Source: Candidatus Amesbacteria bacterium RIFOXYB1_FULL_44_23 | Lineage (GTDB): Bacteria; Patescibacteriota; Microgenomatia; CAZETR01; Amesbacteraceae | Direction of reading: 5' to 3' | DNA: 41,180 nt | Assembly (NCBI GenBank): GCA_001773775.1 | Contig: MEXR01000001.1 | Span: 1 to 41,180 of the forward strand | Shown: piece by piece, positions 34,918 to 41,180 of the stretch | How positions within the stretch are numbered: position 1 is the first letter of the stretch | Layout of the letters: the number at the start of each line of letters is the position of its first letter | Program-made: the position numbers and the translations under genes | Notes under the pieces: model-generated | The model's database searches: none | What the model was told of the DNA's origin: nothing | What the model saw: only the letters and a program-made list of their open reading frames with translations

Positions 34918-36255
34918 ATGAGTTTTTCAAAATTAAGATTCGTTTTCAACTGTTTTGCCCTGACCGTAATATTTTCTGTTTTTAGTATTTCCCCTGCCAT
35001 AGCCGCTACCCGACAGACCCCGCTTATTATTAACCATAATCAGGTTTCTGAGTTCGACTCTCTGACCCCGGATCAGATAAGCTCGGCCTCAGCCCTTCGG
35101 CTGTTAGTCAGAGTAGCCTCAGTCGGAGGTCGAATTGGTCACTCCCTTTTGGTTCCGGACGGTACATACACCGGGCTTGAACAGCTAAAGATTGACTTCC
35201 CGCTGATGAATTTAAATAGAGATAACTGGTTTTTTGAGCCCCGGGGGAATCCGGGTTGGCAACTCAAGCTCACCGATATTAACAATCAAGTTGCAGGCCG
35301 CTATAACAGTTTTGACATTTTCTCCATGAAGTTTTGCTATATCGACTATATGGCTAGTGCTTCGTCATATCTGGACACAATTTCCAATTTGGAACAGGCC
35401 AACCCCGACAAAACCTTTATTTATTGGACCATGCCTATTAAGTCTATTCCATATTCCTCAATAGTAGAACAAATCCAAAGGGATGCCTTTAACCAGCAAG
35501 TCAGAGACTATGCCCTGCAAAATAACAAAATCCTCTATGACATTGCAGACATTGAAGCTTATGACTACACAAATATGCTTCCCACTACTTACACTTCAAC
35601 CGAATATGGAACTTTGCCCAATTACTTACTGTTAAGCCAGGGCGGTTATACCAGTGACGGTGGCCATCCGGCCCCGGGAGAACCCAGGAAAATATTGGCT
35701 AAAGCAGTCTGGGTCATGATGTCTTACCTGGCTTCTTCGACCACGCCTGCTCCCACACCCACCCCAACCCCTACCGCCATTCCGACTCCCACTGAGATTC
35801 CCACTCCTACTCCTACTCAAACGCCTTCCCCGACTCCAACCTCAATTCCTACCACCGCACCGACACCCACTTCGGTTCCTTCCCAGACTCCGACACCAAC
35901 TCCCACGCCAGATCCCACTATTACCCCTACACCCATGCCGGGATTTGTTCCCCTGGTTTCAACGGACAATCTCTCAGCTCTTTCTCGAAACGGAATAGCC
36001 AAAGGCACCGTATATTTTGAAGACCGGGATTATCAGGCAGTTCTTACTCCTTCATCCTTCAACTTACCCGGTCAAATGCAGTTTCTGCCTTCCACTTGTG
36101 TCTACAACTACACTACCACTCTAACCCGGATGAAGTGTCAGATTTACGGTCCCGCCGAATTGGGAACTTACCAATCTTCAATCACTGCAACCGACCAGAC
36201 CGGTCTTACGAGTACAAAAGACATTAATATAACCATCAGCCTCTGGTCACCTTAA
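34918..36255 (+). CDS. Secreted protein: SGNH-hydrolase-like N-domain (tentative), Pro/Thr linker, beta-rich C-domain
   Basis: Signal peptide ([18 protein letters not shown]). The motif [19 protein letters not shown] resembles SGNH block V. A roughly 70-residue PT linker follows. Confidence 0.75.
   Translation: MSFSKLRFVFNCFALTVIFSVFSISPAIAATRQTPLIINHNQVSEFDSLTPDQISSASALRLLVRVASVGGRIGHSLLVPDGTYTGLEQLKIDFPLMNLNRDNWFFEPRGNPGWQLKLTDINNQVAGRYNSFDIFSMKFCYIDYMASASSYLDTISNLEQANPDKTFIYWTMPIKSIPYSSIVEQIQRDAFNQQVRDYALQNNKILYDIADIEAYDYTNMLPTTYTSTEYGTLPNYLLLSQGGYTSDGGHPAPGEPRKILAKAVWVMMSYLASSTTPAPTPTPTPTAIPTPTEIPTPTPTQTPSPTPTSIPTTAPTPTSVPSQTPTPTPTPDPTITPTPMPGFVPLVSTDNLSALSRNGIAKGTVYFEDRDYQAVLTPSSFNLPGQMQFLPSTCVYNYTTTLTRMKCQIYGPAELGTYQSSITATDQTGLTSTKDINITISLWSP
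35737..35943 (+). repeat. Low-complexity coding repeat (Pro-Thr linker, ACN-CCN periodicity)
   Basis: Encodes [68 protein letters not shown]. It also generates the spurious minus-strand ORFs 35632..35820 and 35817..36008. Confidence 0.85.
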
Positions 36256-36298
36256 AATAACTTCACCTGGGGTAAGTATCTACAGCCGGGGATTAAGC

Positions 36299-36327
36299 TT
36301 GACACCGAATAATTTACATTACATACT
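36299..36327 (+). promoter_or_regulatory. Promoter TTGACA-17-CATACT, 7 nt upstream of GTG 36335
   Basis: The TTG that the ORF track uses as a start (36299) is the first base of a perfect TTGACA. Confidence 0.45.
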
Positions 36328-36334
36328 TCAATCA

Positions 36335-37006
36335 GTGAGCAAAAGACAGGGTTTCCTAAGCTTAGGGTTGTTAACGGTTTTTTTGTTGGTCATGCTATAT
36401 GTTGTCAGTATCCCCACTAGGTTAAGTTCCAGTGCTAAAACGGCTTCCGAGGAAACAATTGTCATCAGTTTAGTTCAAGGATGGAACAACCTTAGTCTTC
36501 CGCTCAATCTAAATCTGACCGCTTCCGATCTTTGCGCGCTCGTGCCAGAAATGACTGACATCTACACTTTCAACAGCGTCTGGACTGGCTATTATGGTTG
36601 TAAGAAAACAGCCCATGTCGATTACTCCCTAGTGCCATACAAAGGGTACATCGTTTATTTGACTGCCCCTCAAAGCTTTACGTTGACAGGTACCAGGTAT
36701 CCATTCTCGGTTTACGAATGGGTTCTGGGGCCCAATTATGTAGGATTCGATACCAGTAAGCAGCGCCTGGAGGCAAAAAAGATTTGCGCCCAAAAATTTA
36801 CCAGTCCTTTAGAAATAATTTCAATCTCTAGAAAGCCGGCTGAAGCTGCCGGAAACTGGTCTTACTGGGAGACGTATGATTGCAGTTCTCCGACTGTCCC
36901 AAGTTTTGAGATCAAACAAGCTGACGCTTACTTTGTAACCGTTCAAAACCCAACCAAACCAGAAAAAACCAATTCCTCTCCGGCTAGATTGCCCAACAGA
37001 ATCTAA
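36335..37006 (+). CDS. Membrane-anchored hypothetical protein (about 223 aa)
   Basis: From GTG 36335 the N-terminus is (M)SKRQGFLSLGLLTVFLLVMLYVV, a canonical signal anchor. The ORF-track version is 36299..37006. Confidence 0.65.
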   Translation: MSKRQGFLSLGLLTVFLLVMLYVVSIPTRLSSSAKTASEETIVISLVQGWNNLSLPLNLNLTASDLCALVPEMTDIYTFNSVWTGYYGCKKTAHVDYSLVPYKGYIVYLTAPQSFTLTGTRYPFSVYEWVLGPNYVGFDTSKQRLEAKKICAQKFTSPLEIISISRKPAEAAGNWSYWETYDCSSPTVPSFEIKQADAYFVTVQNPTKPEKTNSSPARLPNRI

Positions 37007-37108
37007 ACCTCCCAGCCTGCGGTTCAATATTTTAAACATTAAAGGGGTCTTTGAACAATCATCCATCCTTAATACATCCTCTATATAAATGTGCGCGAAT
37101 CTATAAGA

Positions 37109-37114
37109 TATAAT
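37109..37114 (+). promoter_or_regulatory. -10 box TATAAT, 7 nt upstream of ATG 37122
   Basis: aagaTATAATcacgcagATG. Confidence 0.4.
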
Positions 37115-37121
37115 CACGCAG

Positions 37122-37433
37122 ATGACAAAAGGGGAGTTGGTTATACATTTTGGAGACGTATTCATCCATCGCTTCAGGGGCGATAGGTCAACGTATGTAA
37201 TATTGGACTTAGGCCAAGAGGACTGGTTTTACGCTGCACAGGTGATGAAAATCGACGGTAAGGAAGCCTTAGGGCTCCCTGGAACATCAGAAAAAGATAG
37301 TGTTGAAAGAATGATTGGAAGGTGGAATTTGGCTAGAATAACTAATGCAATTAACAACAATTTTGGAGCCACCGAGAGAGTGCTAAGAATTCTGGAGGAA
37401 AACGAAAAAAGTCCTCCGCGAAAGATAAGATAG
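37122..37433 (+). CDS. Hypothetical protein, 103 aa
   Basis: ORF with a leaderless-type promoter. No family recognised. Confidence 0.55.
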   Translation: MTKGELVIHFGDVFIHRFRGDRSTYVILDLGQEDWFYAAQVMKIDGKEALGLPGTSEKDSVERMIGRWNLARITNAINNNFGATERVLRILEENEKSPPRKIR

Positions 37434-37520
37434 GTAAATGGTTGCCTGAGGAGTAATATTAGGACATCAAACGTGTCAAATGTAACTATGAGCCTATATT
37501 ACAAATAAAGTATTGAAAAA

Positions 37521-38831
37521 ATGCTAGGAAGTGAACACAACTGTTCAGAATCAGAAGATGCGTTAGTAAATCCTAGAATTAAGCAGTGGAAGGAAGATAC
37601 GTGGAATTCGATAGCAACAATGACCCAAACTCCAACTGGGCTGCCAGATGATCGAATTGATTTTGGTAGAAACTCCCTCACCCTTAAGTATTCTGGTTGT
37701 ACCTCACCTACTAATATCGGTCTTCTGTTAGACGACTACGTCGCTGCGGTTGATCTGGGAATTATAAGTGAGGAAATAGCCTGTAAAGGTATCGCTCAAA
37801 TAATAGCTTCAGTGCAGAGTATGAAACGGCCGATGGGTATGCTCCCTAATAAAATAAGTGTAGTTACCGGCGAACCTGTCTTGGTAGATCCATACTCCGG
37901 ATGTGATGTGCCGCAAATTATTTCCTCGGTAGAAATGGGTTGGTTTTTGCTCGGATTGGAAATTACCAAACAAGCCTTTCCCCAATTTGAATCACAAATT
38001 AACCCTTTGATTTCGGAAATGAATTTTAAACCGCTCTTTGATGAAAGTACCGGATTGTTTTTCGGACACATTTGCCTGGAAACAGGCGAAAAATCACCAC
38101 ACCATTATGATTTACAAAATTCTGAAACGCGGATTCTTGCATATCTGGCAGACATAATGGGTTTATCCAGCAAAGAATGTCTGTCCAAATTGGTTGGTCG
38201 CCCTGCGTGTGCACCACGAACTAATAACAACGGTTTAGATGTGGTTCCCAGTTGCGGAGGAACCATGTTTGAAGCTGCCTGGCCAATGCAATTTTTCCGG
38301 GGGGAATTGACATCACCACCCAGACGCAATAATCATTTCATCTACATGCAAAGACAGCTCATGTATGGGGGGGTTGATTGTTGTGTTAACCCTTCATTGG
38401 AAGAAGCTGATCTGGACCCAAGACACAGAAGTACAGAAGACAGTGAGGCTCAATATCCTTACGAACTTTTTGGTATACCGGAACTTGGGGTATTTCCCTA
38501 TCACCTCAATGGCGTAAGAAATCCTCAGGCCAGTCTGTTGGCTTTACCCTTGTTATTCAATGAAGCCGTAAACAATCTTACCTGGCTACAAATTAACTTC
38601 CCTGCAATATATAAAGAAGATTTTGGTTTTATGGATGCTGTTGACATTCGCAAAAAAAAACGCAGAGTAGCTATCACTCAAATTTTTCCAACTCAAGCAG
38701 CGGCATTCCTTGGAATTTTCAACCGCCTAACAAACTGGAAAATGCACGACTATGTAGATGCAGTTCAGCCACAACTGACATCTTTATTGGAAAATCCTGC
38801 CTTTTTTTACTGTGACCCCGATGGGATTTGA
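37521..38831 (+). CDS. Glucoamylase-like / beta-1,2-glucanase-like (alpha/alpha)6 protein (DUF3131/GH144-type, tentative)
   Basis: I associate the TSPTNIGLLL motif with the glucoamylase-like region of cyclic beta-1,2-glucan synthases and relatives. Also GGTMFEAAWP. The last 19 nt overlap tRNA-Glu on the other strand. Confidence 0.7.
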   Translation: MLGSEHNCSESEDALVNPRIKQWKEDTWNSIATMTQTPTGLPDDRIDFGRNSLTLKYSGCTSPTNIGLLLDDYVAAVDLGIISEEIACKGIAQIIASVQSMKRPMGMLPNKISVVTGEPVLVDPYSGCDVPQIISSVEMGWFLLGLEITKQAFPQFESQINPLISEMNFKPLFDESTGLFFGHICLETGEKSPHHYDLQNSETRILAYLADIMGLSSKECLSKLVGRPACAPRTNNNGLDVVPSCGGTMFEAAWPMQFFRGELTSPPRRNNHFIYMQRQLMYGGVDCCVNPSLEEADLDPRHRSTEDSEAQYPYELFGIPELGVFPYHLNGVRNPQASLLALPLLFNEAVNNLTWLQINFPAIYKEDFGFMDAVDIRKKKRRVAITQIFPTQAAAFLGIFNRLTNWKMHDYVDAVQPQLTSLLENPAFFYCDPDGI

Positions 38832-38887
38832 ACCCATGTGTGCGGGATGAAAGCCCGCTATCCTGAACCAGGCTAGATGACGGGGCC
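38813..38887 (-). tRNA. tRNA-Glu (anticodon TTC)
   Basis: The reverse complement folds as follows. Acceptor GGCCCCG/CGGGGTC. Anticodon stem GCGGG/CCCGC with loop CTTTCAT. T arm ATGGG-TTCAAAT-CCCAT. Discriminator A. 75 nt, no encoded CCA. Confidence 0.9.
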
Positions 38888-38890
38888 AGG

Positions 38891-39355
38891 TTACCTAATT
38901 TTATCACGGGAAGCGGCTGCATTTTGGATTAAAGCCGCCCTGAGTAATATATACCGATGTTGTGGATACGTGAGCTCAAACATGGCCGCAATCCAGGGAA
39001 GCCATTTTGTGGCCTCAATCTCATCTCCTGGCGTAATAATCAGCTCGCGAGGGTCGATAATGGCCGTAAACCAGTGCGTAGTTTTCAATACGTTTACCCC
39101 TTCGTATGGATAACGATGAACAGTCGGACCAACACTTCGAAGAGAATCCGGATTCACCCTAGCTCCCGTTTCCTCAAGCAGTTCTCTGGTCGCAGTATCA
39201 GCTAAAGTCTCCCCCTGGTCAAACATCCCCTTGGGAAATCCCCAGTAATCTGTTTTTACCAGCAAAACATTTGGATTTAAGTGTCTAAACGTTGGTGCAG
39301 CGCCAAATACCACAACTCCAGCAGCGGTAGGAAACTTGATCACTTCACTGCCCAT
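38891..39355 (-). CDS. NUDIX hydrolase
   Basis: Canonical Nudix box GFPKGMFDQGETLADTATRELLEETGARV. Confidence 0.85.
   Translation of the reverse strand: MGSEVIKFPTAAGVVVFGAAPTFRHLNPNVLLVKTDYWGFPKGMFDQGETLADTATRELLEETGARVNPDSLRSVGPTVHRYPYEGVNVLKTTHWFTAIIDPRELIITPGDEIEATKWLPWIAAMFELTYPQHRYILLRAALIQNAAASRDKIR
38898..38906 (-). promoter_or_regulatory. Extended -10 TGaTAAAAT, 10 nt upstream of the tRNA-Glu 5' end
   Basis: Minus strand reads gTGaTAAAATtaggtaacctGGCCCC. It lies inside the 3' end of the NUDIX gene. Confidence 0.4.
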
Positions 39356-39360
39356 ACCGA

Positions 39361-39366
39361 ATTATA
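39361..39366 (-). promoter_or_regulatory. -10 box TATAAT, 5 nt upstream of ATG 39355
   Basis: Minus strand reads agggTATAATtcggtATG. Confidence 0.4.
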
Positions 39367-39444
39367 CCCTATAGGCCTAGTTTAAACAATATTTTATCAA
39401 GTGGAGAATTTATCAAAAAAAAACTATAATTAGCGTGTTTGTGA

Positions 39445-39517
39445 GGGGCGGTAGCTCAGTTGGTAGAGCACTAGCCTTTTAAGCTAAGGGTCCTGGGTTC
39501 GAGTCCCAGCCGCCTCA
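39445..39517 (+). tRNA. tRNA-Lys (anticodon TTT)
   Basis: Acceptor GGGGCGG/CCGCCTC. D arm GCTC/GAGC. Anticodon loop CTTTTAA. T arm CTGGG-TTCGAGT-CCCAG. Discriminator A. Ends are +/-1 nt. A TATAAT lies about 15 nt upstream. Confidence 0.9.
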
Positions 39518-39774
39518 CATAAGTAGATACAGGACTAAAATTGGTGAAATCGATTATATTATTGTATAATTAATGTATGAGCCCCGAAGCACCACGATTA
39601 GAAGCTAAGGACCACAGCAAGGATCATAACGGCCGAGGCAGAGAAAAAGGTGATGACAAAAGACATTATCAGAAACCGAAAACAAAACGCCAAATCAAAA
39701 TAGAAAAAAATGGTAGGGGCTGCTAGTGTAGCGGCATCTTGAAGCATTAGATTCTGGCTCACAAGACCTATAGT

Positions 39775-39803
39775 TTGACAATAAGCGTATTCCTTGGTAG
39801 AAT
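39775..39803 (+). promoter_or_regulatory. Promoter TTGACA-17-TAGAAT, 6 nt upstream of ATG 39810
   Basis: Near-consensus hexamers with a 17-nt spacer. The gap ctcgat leaves no room for an SD. Confidence 0.55.
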
Positions 39804-39809
39804 CTCGAT

Positions 39810-40034
39810 ATGGAAATTGATACGTCGGAAAAGCTAAAAGATTTGTTAGGCGATCCAAACAAGTTCGCACAAATTAGATTAAGGTTTGGTGTACGTGCTG
39901 AAAAAACCATCAATGTTTCGGGTGATCAGGTCAAACTTATTGAATCAGTTTTAAGGATAATTGACCAACGAACAGGCAGAGTTGTCGGTCAAGCATTTGG
40001 ACATGTTGAACCAGATGGACAAAAAAGCACCTAA
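39810..40034 (+). CDS. Hypothetical protein, 74 aa
   Basis: ORF behind a near-consensus promoter. No family recognised. Confidence 0.55.
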   Translation: MEIDTSEKLKDLLGDPNKFAQIRLRFGVRAEKTINVSGDQVKLIESVLRIIDQRTGRVVGQAFGHVEPDGQKST

Positions 40035-40087
40035 TTTATGTTTCAGTAGATTTAAGTAATTTCCTTTAAATATTATTAATTTCAATA

Positions 40088-40552
40088 ATGGCAACTAAGA
40101 AAGAAAATGGTATAACCGACTCCGAAAGGATAGGAGCTCTGATGGGAAATGCCATAGAGTCCATGATTTTTCCCATTTCTCTTTTAAAATTAAGAGATGC
40201 CCATCTTGAATCTATATACAAAAGCGTAATTAAGACTCAGCGAGAGACTATGGCTGAATACTACTTCGATTCATATGCAAGGGCTGGTAGGATAAGGGAC
40301 ATTCGTTTTGACGACCCTGGAGAGGAAGAAATTATTAAAAATCCAAATCCTCAGCCGAATACAGTAGATTTATATTGGTCAAAACAGACGAAGTGGGCTA
40401 AAGCTGTCATATCTGGTGGCTTAGTTGCAGCTCTAGACCGTGGAGATGATTACAATGAGGCTTTAACAACTTTGGTGCTGAATCTTTATACGGAAAAATT
40501 CAAAAAAGGTTTAAACAAAATCCGAGCCAGACAAGATCATGTAAACTGGTAA
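40088..40552 (+). CDS. Hypothetical protein, 154 aa
   Basis: Clean ORF in an AT-rich region. No family recognised. Confidence 0.6.
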   Translation: MATKKENGITDSERIGALMGNAIESMIFPISLLKLRDAHLESIYKSVIKTQRETMAEYYFDSYARAGRIRDIRFDDPGEEEIIKNPNPQPNTVDLYWSKQTKWAKAVISGGLVAALDRGDDYNEALTTLVLNLYTEKFKKGLNKIRARQDHVNW

Positions 40553-40638
40553 ATAAGCAATGTCGAATTACGATTCCTTTTAATCGTAAATGAATCGCAT
40601 GCACCCACCTGCGAACGAGCAGGAAGAGTTAAACATTA

Positions 40639-40667
40639 TTGTCTTTACAATTAATTGGTGGTATATA
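40639..40667 (+). promoter_or_regulatory. Promoter TTGTCT-17-TGgTATATA, 6 nt upstream of ATG 40674
   Basis: The extended -10 is present. This favours the internal ATG 40674 over the ORF-track start at 40590. Confidence 0.5.
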
Positions 40668-40673
40668 GTTTCT

Positions 40674-40868
40674 ATGGCTGTATTTCCAGGAGAATCTGAT
40701 AAGAGACAAAAAGAACCGTCCGCACTTGATTTGATACTGGCAAAATTAGCTACTAGTTTATCATTAGACACCCAATTTAATAGAAAAACGGCGGAAATGA
40801 TTGATTCACAAATCGAAAAAAAGGAAAAAGAACTTCAAGCTAGAGCCTCAGATCAAAATCGTACTTAA
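40674..40868 (+). CDS. Hypothetical coiled-coil protein, 64 aa
   Basis: MAVFPGESDKRQKEPSALDLILAKL...EKKEKELQARASDQNRT. The ORF-track version is 40590..40868. Confidence 0.5.
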   Translation: MAVFPGESDKRQKEPSALDLILAKLATSLSLDTQFNRKTAEMIDSQIEKKEKELQARASDQNRT

Positions 40869-40890
40869 TATAAAGCTACTTCTCTTTATA
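40869..40890 (+). terminator. AT-rich hairpin right after the stop codon
   Basis: tataaag-ctacttct-ctttata, a 7-bp stem, followed by ttatct. Confidence 0.3.
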
Positions 40891-41007
40891 TTATCTCAGG
40901 TTTTAAATAAGCTGACATTTCTTTATAAACTAATCTAACTCCATTAATAATTGTAATAAATACATTCGAGACAGAATAATCTGTATTCACCAAATATTAC
41001 TAAATTC

Positions 41008-41035
41008 TTGCTATTTAAAAAAAACAATTTAAAAT
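41008..41035 (+). promoter_or_regulatory. Promoter TTGCTA-16-TAAAAT, 7 nt upstream of ATG 41043
   Basis: Read directly from 41008-41045. Confidence 0.45.
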
Positions 41036-41042
41036 ACAGGCA

Positions 41043-41180
41043 ATGAACAAAGAAGGTCATGTGGATGCCGTTATGACGATGTCTTGCAGCAACTGCAGCA
41101 ATAATCCCAATTGCCCACTTAAACGCTTTGAGCAAGAATTTAACAGGTCGAAAAGAAATCAAGCTGCTCTTAATCGATTA
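41043..41180 (+). CDS. Partial ORF running off the window (46 codons seen), Cys-rich N-terminus
   Basis: MNKEGHVDAVMTMSCSNCSNNPNCPLKRFEQEFNRSKRNQAALNRL..., open to the last base. It competes with minus ORF 40944..41162, which has no promoter-like signal. Confidence 0.4.
   Translation, partial: MNKEGHVDAVMTMSCSNCSNNPNCPLKRFEQEFNRSKRNQAALNRL

Noticed and set aside
38877-39205. Two plus-strand ORFs (78 and 82 aa) opposite the second NUDIX gene
   Set aside because: The minus strand encodes a canonical Nudix box. The plus-strand ORFs start inside or next to tRNA-Glu and have no signals.
39598-39870. 90-aa minus-strand ORF with a very hydrophobic C-terminus; a 49-aa version starts at ATG 39747
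   Set aside because: The long form (GTG 39870) overlaps the start and the near-consensus promoter of the 39810 gene. A short hydrophobic peptide is conceivable, even a toxin-like one. I found no convincing promoter or SD for it, so I did not call it as a feature.
40944-41162. 72-aa minus-strand ORF at the window end
   Set aside because: It competes with the plus-strand partial ORF (41043-), which has a TTGCTA-16-TAAAAT-7-ATG arrangement. The minus ORF has no such signal and an odd composition. The call remains uncertain.
1-41180. Alternative genetic code (UGA recoding as in Gracilibacteria/Absconditabacteria)
   Set aside because: Conserved genes are full length under the standard code, and several (clpB, first NUDIX, lemA) terminate at TGA exactly where homologues end.
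1-41180. CRISPR arrays, IS elements, integrases, rRNA
   Set aside because: Reading through the intergenic regions showed no regularly spaced direct repeats and no transposase- or recombinase-like ORFs. The only repeats are the Pro/Thr-coding low-complexity tracts.

Overview
This is a 41.2-kb, gene-dense bacterial chromosome fragment. I call about 42 protein genes and 3 tRNAs (Asp-GTC, Glu-TTC, Lys-TTT). I see no rRNA, CRISPR array, transposase or integrase. The standard code fits: clpB and the first NUDIX gene end in TGA, and conserved proteins are full length.

Housekeeping core: DEAD-box helicase, NUDIX, PolX, LemA plus HtpX-like M48 protease, clpB, gatC-gatA-(MFS)-gatB, dnaE, rplS and obg. 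The accessory part is envelope-heavy:
- a sortase with an LATTG substrate
- a GT39-like membrane glycosyltransferase
- several membrane-anchored hypothetical proteins with Pro/Thr linkers
- two (alpha/alpha)6 glycosidase-like genes
- a Ddl-like ATP-grasp
- an ABC-exporter-like protein whose ATPase motifs all look degenerate

Tiny or overlapping intergenic gaps and this gene content suggest a small-genome Patescibacteria/CPR-type organism. That placement is inference only.

Most interesting observations:
1. A divergent gene pair (32194-34612) encodes a NOX/ferric-reductase-type bis-heme flavocytochrome and a membrane-anchored protein with two cytochrome b5 domains predicted to face outside. This could be a minimal trans-membrane electron conduit.
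2. A -10 hexamer, often a perfect TATAAT, sits 5-11 nt upstream of the start codon of about 14 first-in-operon genes with no Shine-Dalgarno. This implies mostly leaderless or near-leaderless mRNAs and shifts several start calls.
3. A tightly packed five-gene envelope operon (24676-28569) begins with an adaptor-like gene split by one in-frame TAA.
4. An AT-rich block of small orphan genes starts directly 3' of tRNA-Lys and runs off the window.

All domain calls come from reading motifs by eye. No searches were run.
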